DNA of 64,000 bases from positions 181,003 through 245,002 of the forward strand of contig CAWJKT010000008.1 in the NCBI GenBank assembly GCA_963843375.1, read 5' to 3'. The notes beneath the pieces are model-generated. The model had not been told where the DNA came from. It worked only from the letters and a program-made list of their open reading frames with translations, and did not search any database. Numbering within the stretch: the first letter of the stretch is position 1; each line of letters starts with the position of its first letter. The translations under genes and the position numbers were made by a program. This DNA is from an uncultured Pseudomonadota bacterium (GTDB lineage Bacteria; Oederibacteriota; Muellerivitia; Muellerivitales; Muellerivitaceae). Positions 41,157 to 51,061 of the stretch are shown piece after piece.

Positions 41157-41428
41157 TTACCGTCCTTTTCAATATGAAACGCTGCCTTGATGTACACATC
41201 CTCGGGCTTCAGCAGGGACTCGGCCTTGGGCCGATCTTCCTTCACGATTACCAAGCCCAATCCACAGTCATCTTGGATATCCCGAGGACGGGGAATTAGT
41301 TTGAAACGCATCCGGCCGCCCTTCAAGATCGATTCGGCGTGCATGGTTTCGTGGGTGGTGTGGAACAGCAAAACGAAATGTTTATCCGTTAACGCCAATC
41401 GGCCGGGCGGGGATTGGGACGTCGCCAT
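41096..41428 (-). CDS. DUF3343 domain protein
   Basis: F.TTH..M.AE..L, LIPRPR.I..DCGL.L. Confidence 0.85.
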   Translation of the reverse strand: MATSQSPPGRLALTDKHFVLLFHTTHETMHAESILKGGRMRFKLIPRPRDIQDDCGLGLVIVKEDRPKAESLLKPEDVYIKAAFHIEKDGKWTRENYPPAPISYDSPPLE

Positions 41429-41496
41429 CTCGGCTCCTTTAAAGCACCGGAGGGCGGATCAGCCTTCAACCCTCAATAAAGCAGTTTCGGAATTAA

Positions 41497-41988
41497 CTAA
41501 GTCTGTCCGGGGAAATTAAAGTCCTTGGGCGAAAGGTTTTCAAGGAACTTTTTAAACTCGCTCATTTCCTCTTTATATTTTTCCTTATCTACAATGGTGG
41601 CATTCACCACCACTTTTTCGGCGACGAAAATAGGTGAGCCGGTCCGAAGGGCCAGGGCAATGGCATCCGAAGGGCGGGCGTCGATTTCGGTCTTCTCGGG
41701 CGCTCCAGGGATTTCCAAAAAAACGCGGGCAAAGAACGTATTTTGGTGAATGTCGTTTACGAGTACCTTAGCGACTTTAGCCCCCAGGGCATCAATAATG
41801 TTCTTTAAAAGATCATGGGTCATGGGTCGGGGAATCACTTGTTCTTGGAGCTGGATAAAAATGGCGGTAGCTTCCGCCACCCCAATGGGGATAGGTAAAT
41901 AACGTTTTTCTTCCTCGTCGGTCAAAATAACCATAGGGATCTTTAACCCAGGATCAACGGCGATTCCCCTTACTTTCATTTCAATCAT
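41497..41988 (-). CDS. Bifunctional nuclease family protein (DUF151), copy 2
   Basis: LPI.IG..EA.AI, RPMTHDL, DARPSDAIALA. Confidence 0.93.
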   Translation of the reverse strand: MIEMKVRGIAVDPGLKIPMVILTDEEEKRYLPIPIGVAEATAIFIQLQEQVIPRPMTHDLLKNIIDALGAKVAKVLVNDIHQNTFFARVFLEIPGAPEKTEIDARPSDAIALALRTGSPIFVAEKVVVNATIVDKEKYKEEMSEFKKFLENLSPKDFNFPGQT

Positions 41989-42488
41989 GGTTTATTCTTC
42001 CTCGGAATTTTGAAATCGGTTGGGGAAAGATGCTCCAGGAATTTTTTGAATTTAGCCATTTCTTCCTTGTTCTTTTCTTTGTCCACCACAGTAACTCCTG
42101 GGGAAATGACCACTTTTTCCGCCACGAAAATAGGGGAGCCGGTGCGTAAGGCCAAGGCGATTGCGTCCGAGGGCCTGGCATCCAAGTCCACTTTCTCGCC
42201 TGTTTCCGTCCTTTCCAGGAAGAGGCGTGCGAAAAAGGTGTTTTGATTGATGTCGTTCACGAGCACTTTAACCACTTTGCTTCCCATGGCTTCAATAATA
42301 TTCTTCATCAGATCGTGAGACATGGGCCTAGCCGCGGCCTGGCCGCTCAACTGAATAAAGATCGCCGTGGCCTCGGGCACACCAATACATATCGGCAGGC
42401 ACATTTTTTCGGCTTGATCGGTTAGGACCACCATGGGCTGCTTGCATTCTTGATCCATCACGATACCACGAACTTTCATCTCAATCAT
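41985..42488 (-). CDS. Bifunctional nuclease family protein (DUF151), copy 1
   Basis: LPICIG..EA.AI, RPMSHDL, DARPSDAIALA. Confidence 0.93.
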   Translation of the reverse strand: MIEMKVRGIVMDQECKQPMVVLTDQAEKMCLPICIGVPEATAIFIQLSGQAAARPMSHDLMKNIIEAMGSKVVKVLVNDINQNTFFARLFLERTETGEKVDLDARPSDAIALALRTGSPIFVAEKVVISPGVTVVDKEKNKEEMAKFKKFLEHLSPTDFKIPRKNKP

Positions 42489-42606
42489 AACTTAAACTCC
42501 ATTGGCATCACTCAAGTCTGTTTTCACATTTTATCTTGAGAAGCAACAACCGGTATGTTCAAGGGTAGAGGTCAGTCAACCAAAGGGCAAGAGATTCAGT
42601 AAGATA

Positions 42607-42635
42607 ATTATAAGCCCGGTCCGGGCCGCTTTCAA
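42607..42635 (-). promoter_or_regulatory. Near-consensus sigma70 promoter with palindromic spacer
   Basis: TTGAAA-N17-TATAAT; spacer holds GCCCGG-T-CCGGGC (42614-42626). Confidence 0.7.
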
Positions 42636-42668
42636 CGTGGACAATTAAAAAGAATTTTCAAATTCGGA

Positions 42669-43250
42669 TTATTTTGATTTTTTCTTAAGGTCAGTTTCGC
42701 TGAAAACCTGCGCTTCAAAAGCATGAAGATTTATTTTATCCTTCCAAGCGTCGGGAGAAAGCCCCGCCTTAACGCAGGTTTGCTCCAAGAAAGTTTTAGC
42801 GTCCCAATGGTATTCCATCGCCACCTGGGGAAGAAGAAGCCCTGACCGGTTCCCGCGGCTGACGATTAATCCATGGACACCTACTTGTATTTGAGATAAC
42901 TCCACCGACTTGGGGACGGTTAAAACGGAAATCTCAATTTCAATGTGGGGTAATTCCTCAGCCCGAACGGGTGGAAAGCGGGGATCTTGAAAAGCCGCGC
43001 TAATGGCGGCTTCCTGAACGGCTTCGGCCAGGGGTTTTACTGGATAAGGAAAACCAATACAACCTCGTAATTCTTCCAGCCATAGGGTCACAAAGGTTCC
43101 CCTTTTTTCCCGCAAAAGAGGCGAAAGTGACTCTATCGCCGGAAGCCGCCGTCCTTTTTGAAGTGTCATCTGGATAGAATGGCGGGCCAATTCCAACAAA
43201 ACTTTTTGATCCGTTGATGAAATCACTTCTTTCGGGTTCATGGGATCCAT
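42669..43250 (-). CDS. amrA: AmmeMemoRadiSam system protein A (AMMECR1)
   Basis: G.FVTL, LRGCIG, AAFQDPRF.P, EISVLT, GLLLPQVA, C.KAG. Confidence 0.95.
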   Translation of the reverse strand: MDPMNPKEVISSTDQKVLLELARHSIQMTLQKGRRLPAIESLSPLLREKRGTFVTLWLEELRGCIGFPYPVKPLAEAVQEAAISAAFQDPRFPPVRAEELPHIEIEISVLTVPKSVELSQIQVGVHGLIVSRGNRSGLLLPQVAMEYHWDAKTFLEQTCVKAGLSPDAWKDKINLHAFEAQVFSETDLKKKSK

Positions 43251-43253
43251 TCC

Positions 43254-44087
43254 TTATCGGCAAAAAGCCATGGCCGAATAACCGACCACCCGGGAATGGT
43301 CCCCAGTGACATCACCCGAATTTCGGTAACCTAATAACTTGATTTTATCCGCCCTCATCCCATGGGCGAATCTTAGCAAAGTGGACACCGGTTCCCTTCC
43401 GCAATGGGTACAGTGGTAGTCTGGATAACCACGGTCCATGATTCGGCCGTCGGTTTGATTGACTTTCTTCTCGTCTCCCGTCAATAAAGCCGACAACAAT
43501 TCATGATCGGCCTTCACCGCCGTCTCATAATCCGGGTAATGGGAAAGATCGGAAGAAGCAACGAAAATGAATTTCTTTTTTTTCGAAAGGGCCAAAAGGG
43601 CTCCCGTAAGGGGTTTGACTGCCTGTTCTACCCCTTGCCCCATGACCAGCAGCACTACCTTCGCTTTGGGCAAAAAGGTTTGGATCATGGGAAGATGCAC
43701 CTCCACCGAATGTTCACGGGCAAAAGCGGGTGGAATCTCAGCGATCTGGGGATCAAAATCCATTAAAAAACGGGTGTCTTCTTGGTCCACCGGCACCTCG
43801 CCCAATGGGGTGACCGCCGATTCCCCGGCAAAGACCGAAACCCCCCGGAAGGAAACGTAGTGACTTGGGCCTGCCACGATTACGGTCTCAACCGGTTCCT
43901 CCAAGGCCCGGTAACCCAAGGCGGCCACCCCCCCCGAATACATGTAACCCGCGTGGGGTAAAAGAAACGCCAAAGGCTCACCTTCTAGCCGGGAGGCCGT
44001 TTCTTTTTCGAAAGACTTCAAGGTGACTTGAAGTTCCTTCCGGTTTACAGGATAAAATTGGCCGGCCACCACCGGTTGAAGTTTCAT
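43254..44087 (-). CDS. amrB: AmmeMemoRadiSam system protein B (MEMO1)
   Basis: VAGQFYP, PHAGY.YSG, GPSH, EHSVEV, SSDLSHY, CG, VVGY. Confidence 0.95.
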   Translation of the reverse strand: MKLQPVVAGQFYPVNRKELQVTLKSFEKETASRLEGEPLAFLLPHAGYMYSGGVAALGYRALEEPVETVIVAGPSHYVSFRGVSVFAGESAVTPLGEVPVDQEDTRFLMDFDPQIAEIPPAFAREHSVEVHLPMIQTFLPKAKVVLLVMGQGVEQAVKPLTGALLALSKKKKFIFVASSDLSHYPDYETAVKADHELLSALLTGDEKKVNQTDGRIMDRGYPDYHCTHCGREPVSTLLRFAHGMRADKIKLLGYRNSGDVTGDHSRVVGYSAMAFCR

Positions 44088-44135
44088 GAAGCTAATATAA
44101 GTGGGAAAGCCAAGTCAAAGGAAGGAAAAGCAAGA

Positions 44136-44711
44136 TTAGGCGGTTTGAAGGAACTTGGAAATTTTATCACGGGTATAGGGCCACGCTCCATCCGGCAGCA
44201 CCGGCATGGATCCAGCGGTAAACATGGAAGTTTCCAAGGGAACCCAGGATTTGCAGCCTTCATAGGAGGGCTTCACGGGAAGGTCTAACGGAACGGGCAG
44301 GGAATAAACCCGGACAATAAAAACATACAGTCCTTGCCAGTCCCCATAATTAAACCGTTTTTCGATTGCCTCATCGCTCATGACCGTGAAAGGGATTAGC
44401 CGCTTGCAGATTTCCCAATCGGTGACTTTTTCGACTTTTTCTGCAATGGCATAAAGCCGAAAATGGATGCGCTTGGGGTCCTTATTTTCCTTTTCAATAG
44501 AGGCAAGACGGGGACGCCAATCGGATTTAATATCCGCGGGCGATTCATGCTCAAAGGTGGGATAAAGGAAAAACTCGGGATGCTCAGGTTTGAACTCCCC
44601 GCCCTCTTCCTGGATGCCTCCCTTGCGAAGGAGGATTGTCTGCTTTCCTTCCTCCAAAGCCTTTAAGACAACAGCCCACTCTTTAAATGCTATGTTATTT
44701 TGAGTTTTCAT
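44136..44711 (-). CDS. DUF1802 family protein
   Basis: AFKEWA, G.Q.ILLRKGGI.E, F.LYPT..H, Y.GCKSW. Confidence 0.9.
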   Translation of the reverse strand: MKTQNNIAFKEWAVVLKALEEGKQTILLRKGGIQEEGGEFKPEHPEFFLYPTFEHESPADIKSDWRPRLASIEKENKDPKRIHFRLYAIAEKVEKVTDWEICKRLIPFTVMSDEAIEKRFNYGDWQGLYVFIVRVYSLPVPLDLPVKPSYEGCKSWVPLETSMFTAGSMPVLPDGAWPYTRDKISKFLQTA

Positions 44712-44720
44712 AAGAATAAG

Positions 44721-44749
44721 ATTATGTGGATTCCAGCTGAAACTTTCAA
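44721..44749 (-). promoter_or_regulatory. Sigma70-type promoter, probably giving a (near-)leaderless mRNA
   Basis: TTGAAA-N17-CATAAT, 9 nt from ATG, no SD. Confidence 0.6.
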
Positions 44750-44838
44750 GCTCTAACCGAGTTCGAATCCTTTGTTTCCTTGGTTTTAAAGAAACAGAAC
44801 GAGAGGAAATTTTTTCAAGGTCCCGCTCAAGAACGATT

Positions 44839-45717
44839 CTATCCCGAAAAAGCCATGAGGATGACGCCTGCCACCACGATCAGGGTTCCTCCCAAAACTT
44901 TAGGCCAGGCGGAAAATGAAAATTCCTTGAATACGAAAAGGGACCAAGCGGCGTAAACGAGCCCGCTGGAGTTCACAATGGGAACCGCACGCGAAAGACC
45001 CAACCCGTCAATTGCCAACAGGAAACAGGCCATGCCGGCCGCCCACAAGAGGGTGGTCGCGCCCCCCATCGCGACATTTCGAAAACGCCAATCTTCTTTC
45101 TGGCAAAAGAAAAAAATGAACAAGGCGGGCAAAGTTCCCCCCAATGCCAGTCCACTTAAAGAATCAAGGGCCGAAAGAGTTGGTTGAGGGTCCCAAACTT
45201 GGGCCGCTTTGATAGGGCTAAAATAAAGGCCCCAGAAGAAACCAGCCAATATCCCCATCAAAATTCCTTTTTGAAGGTTCCCTTCTTTTGCAGGAGCCGC
45301 CGAAATCCTCGCCACCCACCAAGCTCCCACAAAAAGCAATAAACCCCCGGCCAGAAGATACAAGTAAGCTCTAAACCCCGATGCTTCGTGGAACACCAAT
45401 AAACCAAACGCAATATTAATGAAGGAATTAAAATTAAAGAGGACCGAGGCTTTGGCGAGGCTCACTTCTTCCAGGGCTAAATTAGCGAGGGTTTGGCCGG
45501 TCACCCAAAGTAGTCCCGAAAAAATCGAAGCCCAAAACCACTTGGGGTGCAGCCAAAGGGCTTGCAGGGAAGAATATCGGAGGAGATCCATCACCGCCAT
45601 TCCCAGCCCCATGAAAGGCATGAACTTCAAACCCTTAGACGTGGCGAAACGAACCGGCACCATATAACTGCCGATGCAAAAAAACGCGGCCAAGGCATAG
45701 AAATAACCCGTCGGCAT
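44839..45717 (-). CDS. DMT/GRP-family (sugar) transporter
   Basis: About 10 TM helices; GSY.VP, SG.LW..G, G.FWG.YF.P, GLSRA.PI, W..FVFKE. Confidence 0.8.
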   Translation of the reverse strand: MPTGYFYALAAFFCIGSYMVPVRFATSKGLKFMPFMGLGMAVMDLLRYSSLQALWLHPKWFWASIFSGLLWVTGQTLANLALEEVSLAKASVLFNFNSFINIAFGLLVFHEASGFRAYLYLLAGGLLLFVGAWWVARISAAPAKEGNLQKGILMGILAGFFWGLYFSPIKAAQVWDPQPTLSALDSLSGLALGGTLPALFIFFFCQKEDWRFRNVAMGGATTLLWAAGMACFLLAIDGLGLSRAVPIVNSSGLVYAAWSLFVFKEFSFSAWPKVLGGTLIVVAGVILMAFSG

Positions 45718-45738
45718 CTTTTATCCTAAAATTGGATT

Positions 45739-47100
45739 TTACCGAGTCCCAACCAATAATTGGTTTGCCACTCGGCGCAATAAGAAAAAATTCAATACCC
45801 TCAACCCCATCATGACCCAAAGCAGGGATTCGGGCGAAACATGGCCATACAGTAACCCCGCCACCGAAACGGTTACCAGCCCTATTTGAATAAAAGCAGA
45901 GGAGGCCGCCACCACTTTCGCCCTCTCCTTTTCCTCCATTACATTCATCCAAACCGCCGCGCTCACCGAGGCATAAAGGGACCCGCCGGCAGCCGACAGG
46001 CAATAAGAAAACAAGCAGACCAAAAAAACGTTACCGCTTCCCCGCCCCCAGATCAAAAGCACGGCAAAAGCCGACAAACCCAGGATTTGGTCCAAACCAA
46101 GTATTTTGATGACTTGGCTATGGGAAAGGTTGGGAATAATAAAAAATACCGTAAGAAAGGCGGCATATGCCGACCCGATTCCAAACACCGAAAGATTCGA
46201 ATCTTTCATGCCCAAATAGTCAACGAAATAAAGGGAAAAATAGATGGTCCAAGCCGCCAGCATCCATTCATCGAGAAATTTTGAGAAAAAGAAAGTGACC
46301 GAAGCGGGTTTTTTAAAAAAACTTCCAAGCGCCTTGCGGTATTGGCCCAAACCTTCCTCGAAAACATTCAGCCAGGACCCGGGGGACTTCTCAAAAACTT
46401 TTGATGGGGGCAATTGTTTCCACCTCCATCCGATGCCGATGATGGTCAACAAGAAATACAGCAAGTACATTTCATGGTTGGCCTGACCCAATCCTTTTCC
46501 TTCCACCCAGAACCCGCCCAACAGGGGAAAGAACAACAAGTAGGGTGCCAAGTTCACCATTTGAAGCACGGTAAAAACTGAAGCCCTTTGCCCGGGCTTG
46601 ACCCCCTCCACCAGCAAACATTGATAAGGCACCCCCGAACCCGCGTTGATCGCCATGAAAAAAATGGCGGCGATGCACCACCATTTATTAGTGGCAAGCG
46701 CCAGGCAAAGGCAATAACCGCCCCAACTGATGATGTCAAATAGGATCAGGCTTTTTTTACGGCTCCAAACATCCGAAAGATAACCTCCCAGGAAAAGGCA
46801 CAAGGGACCCAGGGCCCGGGCCAGGGAGGGATAAACGGAAACTTCTGTTTTCGATAGTCCCAGGTCCACCATATAAAGGCTCAGGTAATACTGCACCATG
46901 GCGCCGGGAATGACCCAAAGAACCCCGGCATAAATCGTGACGGCTTGGCGCGGGGGAAGTTTCGCGAACATCCCGCGAACCCGCCCCCCCTGCTGACCCA
47001 GGAGGACCAGCGGTTTTTTTAACAAATACTCATAGGACTCTTCACTAACGTCCTGCAAGGAAGAAAGAAAGGAATGAAACGGGTCTCCAGCGCTCATCAA
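45739..47100 (-). CDS. MFS transporter
   Basis: About 12 TM helices; motif A GGYLSDVWSRKK. Confidence 0.85.
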   Translation of the reverse strand: MMSAGDPFHSFLSSLQDVSEESYEYLLKKPLVLLGQQGGRVRGMFAKLPPRQAVTIYAGVLWVIPGAMVQYYLSLYMVDLGLSKTEVSVYPSLARALGPLCLFLGGYLSDVWSRKKSLILFDIISWGGYCLCLALATNKWWCIAAIFFMAINAGSGVPYQCLLVEGVKPGQRASVFTVLQMVNLAPYLLFFPLLGGFWVEGKGLGQANHEMYLLYFLLTIIGIGWRWKQLPPSKVFEKSPGSWLNVFEEGLGQYRKALGSFFKKPASVTFFFSKFLDEWMLAAWTIYFSLYFVDYLGMKDSNLSVFGIGSAYAAFLTVFFIIPNLSHSQVIKILGLDQILGLSAFAVLLIWGRGSGNVFLVCLFSYCLSAAGGSLYASVSAAVWMNVMEEKERAKVVAASSAFIQIGLVTVSVAGLLYGHVSPESLLWVMMGLRVLNFFLLRRVANQLLVGTR

Positions 47101-47439
47101 TTAAACCTCAAAAGAAATTTGCACAAGTCGATTTCGTCCCTATCAAATTTAGTAAACTTCTGAAAAATGGATAGAGCACGGGATTCCTTGGCGACTGAAA
47201 TGAGCGGTATTTTAACAGATCAAGGTTCTTAAGATTCCAAGTTTTGCCCAAAGCAACAAAAGCGCTTTTTATACCGTGACAAATTCGGTTTTGTGTTTAA
47301 ACCGTTCAAGGAATAGTGATGGTTAATAAAAAACTTGAGCCGGTGGACCGTAAAATCCTTGATAAAGGATCATTATGTTTAAAAATCGAGCGTTCTTCCC
47401 TAGAATGATCATAGTTATGGATAATTTTTCGGATGAAAT

Positions 47440-49419
47440 ATGTTGAACACTTCCGGCTTTGTCCACTTTTTGAAGTCTCCTCGCTCCTTACCCCGAAATC
47501 CATGGATTTACTTTCCACTGTTCCTTTTGGCGGATAGTTTTCTGTCTTATGGGAATGCCAGTCTTTCAACCAATCTTTGGATTTTCTTCATTGGCCTGGT
47601 GGTTCCCTTGACCTTGGCGCTCACTTCTAAACCTCGGCCCTCCCCAACCCCTATTCATCAAGTAGAGGTTTTAGACTCCATCCCTCATTGGGCTTGGTGG
47701 ACGATACTCGGCGTATCGTTATTGGCAAGAATAGGGCAACTGACCTTATGGGCACCATGGCTTGGCAGTGATGAATCCATAGATGCTTTTTATTCCATGG
47801 AACTTTCTCAAAAATGGTTTTGGCACTTTTTTTGGGGAACCGCTCAAAATCCTTCCGCTTTCAACTGGGGTTTGGCGGTTTTTTACAAAATTATTTCCCC
47901 GAGCCTTTTTTCAACCAATTTCTACACGGTACTTATCTCGGGTTTTACTGTTGGAATCACGTATTGGTCGGCCCGTTCCTTCTTTTCGAAGTCTTTTTCA
48001 TTTTTTTGCCTGATGGTATCCGCGACCGGATTCTGGGTCTTATTCTCAGGCGGGCATTGTTTCATCCACGTTCTCGCCTTGTTTTGGCAAATTACGCTTT
48101 TGGGATTTTTGGGCCGGTTAGTCCAGTCCGGTTCCAAAGCAGAATCGCAAAAAAACGCCATGATTTTGGGGTTGATGGCGGGAAGCGGCTTTTTTATTTC
48201 CATCGCCTGGCCGGTTGTCGCCCTGGTTCCGCTAATAGTTATGACCAGCCTTTGGATCCAAAAAAAAGCTAAGGAAACGCTACTCCCTTTTATGGCTCCC
48301 TTTACAGTCTTGGTACTTTTATTCTTAGCGGCAGCGGTTCACGAACATTACGGACAACACTTCAGAAGTCTTTGGGTTTTGCGGCTCCAAGGGGATCAAA
48401 TTTATTTTGGACCTGATTTCATCCCGAATTTCACTGCCCTTTTTTGGGGTGGTTTCATTCGAGGTTATGGACCTTCGTGGGGAGGTATGCTGAATCCTCT
48501 TTTATCTTCCTTGTTTTTTATGGGTCTTATTGAGTTTAAAGATCTGCGCTCTTCTGCTTTTTTGAAATTGATTTTGGCGGGTTTTCTCTTGGGGTTTGCT
48601 CCCGGTCCCCTTTCAAAAGGTTTTGATATTTTCCGTTCTATCCATTCCTTTCCCTTCCAGACCATCATCGCAGGCTTGGGTTTCCAACGTTTATTGGAGT
48701 CCTTCCCCCGGAAAAGTTCTCTCGTTCTCGTTTTTTTGATCTTTTTCTTTTCAACCTCCTTGGATCTTTTCCACTACCGTTTATCGACCTCCAGAATTGA
48801 TACCACAGGGGCAAACCTGTCCAAAGCTTACGAAATACTGCAAAAAAATTACGCTCCATTGGGCCCCGGTTTCGTGCTGTCGGATTTGACGCCGAGGATA
48901 TGGAACCATTCACTAGACATCGCGACTTATTCTTTTAATTCCGTTGTTAATCCCAAAGTCTTCCCTTCTCAGGCCCGCTGGATAGCCTTAGTGGAAAACG
49001 AGGAGTACATACCTTTTCTCGACCGTCGGTTTGCCCATATTCGCTGGTATGCCCTTGGGCAAGACGTTCTTTGGAAAAAAGGTCTTCTGGCGCTGGGCAT
49101 TATTCCTGTTCAGGCGGGAAACGAAAACATCCTTGCCTCCTGGTGGAGGGCCGACCTTTATCTCAAGGCGTTAAATTTGGAATTCCTCAAGGCGGAACCT
49201 TTCGAAACGTCCCAATCCTTTGTTGAGAGATTAGAGCAAATGCCCTTGGGTGAAAAACCCGATCCCTTTTTGGAGTCTTGCCGTGATGAAAAAATTTTAC
49301 TTTCAATTTCTTTCGACAATCCTTCGCAAGCCATTCTCGTGGCTCATCAAGGCCTCACAAAAGGTTACCCCCTTTCTTTATTTCAAAGGTTCCAAAACAA
49401 TTCCCAAGGCTACCGTTAA
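47440..49419 (+). CDS. GT-C fold membrane glycosyltransferase (GT39/PMT-like)
   Basis: Polytopic membrane protein with DE motif (GSDES) in first large loop and soluble C-terminal domain. Confidence 0.7.
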   Translation: MLNTSGFVHFLKSPRSLPRNPWIYFPLFLLADSFLSYGNASLSTNLWIFFIGLVVPLTLALTSKPRPSPTPIHQVEVLDSIPHWAWWTILGVSLLARIGQLTLWAPWLGSDESIDAFYSMELSQKWFWHFFWGTAQNPSAFNWGLAVFYKIISPSLFSTNFYTVLISGFTVGITYWSARSFFSKSFSFFCLMVSATGFWVLFSGGHCFIHVLALFWQITLLGFLGRLVQSGSKAESQKNAMILGLMAGSGFFISIAWPVVALVPLIVMTSLWIQKKAKETLLPFMAPFTVLVLLFLAAAVHEHYGQHFRSLWVLRLQGDQIYFGPDFIPNFTALFWGGFIRGYGPSWGGMLNPLLSSLFFMGLIEFKDLRSSAFLKLILAGFLLGFAPGPLSKGFDIFRSIHSFPFQTIIAGLGFQRLLESFPRKSSLVLVFLIFFFSTSLDLFHYRLSTSRIDTTGANLSKAYEILQKNYAPLGPGFVLSDLTPRIWNHSLDIATYSFNSVVNPKVFPSQARWIALVENEEYIPFLDRRFAHIRWYALGQDVLWKKGLLALGIIPVQAGNENILASWWRADLYLKALNLEFLKAEPFETSQSFVERLEQMPLGEKPDPFLESCRDEKILLSISFDNPSQAILVAHQGLTKGYPLSLFQRFQNNSQGYR

Positions 49420-49475
49420 AAATCGGGATATAAATTTTGATTAAGTGGCGTGTTCGGAACAAATCGGATAAGGTT

Positions 49476-49916
49476 TTAAGGATTTAATTCCTTAATCATG
49501 ACCACGGCGTCTTCCTGATTGTCGCTGTAGTATTTTTTGCGGATGGCCACAATTTTGAAACCGCATTTATCGTAAAGCCGCTGAGCGGCTTCGTTGGTTT
49601 GGCGAACTTCCAAGGTAGCCAGTTTGGCACCCCGCTTGCGAGCATATTCCATGCAATGGTTCATCATTTCCAGGCCCAAACCTTTATTTCTATAAGAAGG
49701 CCCAATCGCGAGGTTGATAATATGGGCTTCCTCGGGGGCCTCCCAATAGCCCATATAGCCCGCCACTTTCCCTTCGACTTCCAATACGAAATAATGCGCT
49801 AGGTTCCTATTCAGTTCCTCGTCGAAAAGCTCCTTAGACCAGGGGGAGGGCATGGAAGCTTTTTCGATTTCCACCACCTTTTCGAGGTCGGCTTCCAACA
49901 TTGGACGAAATATCAT
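49476..49916 (-). CDS. rimI: Ribosomal protein S18 alanine N-acetyltransferase
   Basis: IE...PW, AHIINLAI...R.KG.G, TLEVR..N..A..LY...GF...RKKYY....EDA; ATGA overlap with tsaB. Confidence 0.93.
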   Translation of the reverse strand: MIFRPMLEADLEKVVEIEKASMPSPWSKELFDEELNRNLAHYFVLEVEGKVAGYMGYWEAPEEAHIINLAIGPSYRNKGLGLEMMNHCMEYARKRGAKLATLEVRQTNEAAQRLYDKCGFKIVAIRKKYYSDNQEDAVVMIKELNP

Positions 49917-50602
49917 GTCTTGTTTTCGTCCACGGAAGGCACCCGCAAATATAGTGGCTTTAAGTCCTGGAGAGACGGCCGGGAACCGGCTTTCCATTGC
50001 CGGTAGGCTATGCGGGCAATGCTCATGGCGCTTGGATGGTGAAGCGAGTTGAAAACGAACATACCCATTGCACCCAGGTCCTCGTGGATTTCTTTTTCAT
50101 ATTTCAAGGCGCCCGGCCCCACGATCCAGGTCTTGCCTTTAATCAGGGAAGATAATTTGTCCGCGGCCCTGATTTGGGCCGGAGCCAGTTCTATGAGATT
50201 TTCGGGATTAATTTGATAATGCCCGACGAAACACTCGCCCCTTTGGGCGTCCACCAGGCATAAGGCTTCCCCCCACAATTCCGCTTTTCGGAGGTTTTCA
50301 GCCAAGCCCTCCAAAGTGGAAACTCCAAAAGCTAAAAGATTCGTAGGCATGCAAAGTCCCTCAGCGGTGGCGATGCCCACTCTTATTCCCGTAAAACTTC
50401 CCGGGCCCAGGGAAACCGCAACCGCCGCCAATTCTTCCGGCAATATCTCTTTTTTCTTCAGCAGGGTTTCCAACCCGGGAATCAAAGTCACCGAACTTTC
50501 CCAATCATCGGGAAGTACGGCTTCGGACAATTCCTCGCCCGTGACGAGGTCCAATAACGCCACGCTGGAAATCCTGGTGGAAACTTCTATAGCGGCCAGC
50601 AC
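49913..50602 (-). CDS. tsaB: t6A biosynthesis protein TsaB
   Basis: GPGSFTGIRVG, GVSTLE, DAQR.E, P.YLR. Confidence 0.93.
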   Translation of the reverse strand: MLAAIEVSTRISSVALLDLVTGEELSEAVLPDDWESSVTLIPGLETLLKKKEILPEELAAVAVSLGPGSFTGIRVGIATAEGLCMPTNLLAFGVSTLEGLAENLRKAELWGEALCLVDAQRGECFVGHYQINPENLIELAPAQIRAADKLSSLIKGKTWIVGPGALKYEKEIHEDLGAMGMFVFNSLHHPSAMSIARIAYRQWKAGSRPSLQDLKPLYLRVPSVDENKT

Positions 50603-51061
50603 TTGATGAGCTCCTGAACGCGGGTTATGCTGTCCGGGTGTTTGGCTTCGACAATGACCCGACGGCTGTTTTCAGAAAGAATCTCAATTTCCAACTTAAT
50701 CACGGTCGGCGGGAACAATTTGGGGAATTTATTCCCCCATTCCACGACCACCACGCCCCCCCGTCCGGTCCATTCTTCCCAACCCAGATCTTCCACTTCC
50801 CGGCGCTCCATCAGCCGGTACCAGTCGAAATGGTAAAGGTTCAATCGTCCCTCGTAAATATGCTGCAAGAGTAAAGGTCGGGGAGGTCACGGGCCCCTCA
50901 AAACCCAAACCCTTCGCCAGCCCTTGAACGAACAGGGTTTTCCCCGCTCCCAAGTTACCCGAAAGGGCCCAGATTTCCCCGGGCCTGGCCTGGTGTCCGA
51001 TCAACTGGCCTAACTGGTAGGTCTGTTCCGGCGACTCGCAGAGAAAACTGGTGGTTACCAT
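50587..51061 (-). CDS. tsaE: t6A biosynthesis ATPase TsaE, one frameshift near 50868
   Basis: GNLGAGKT, VTSPTFT / HFDWYRL, VVEW. Confidence 0.92.

Noticed and set aside
44755-44775. GTTCGAATCC T-loop motif as a tRNA or integration site
   Set aside because: No T-stem, acceptor stem or cloverleaf around it
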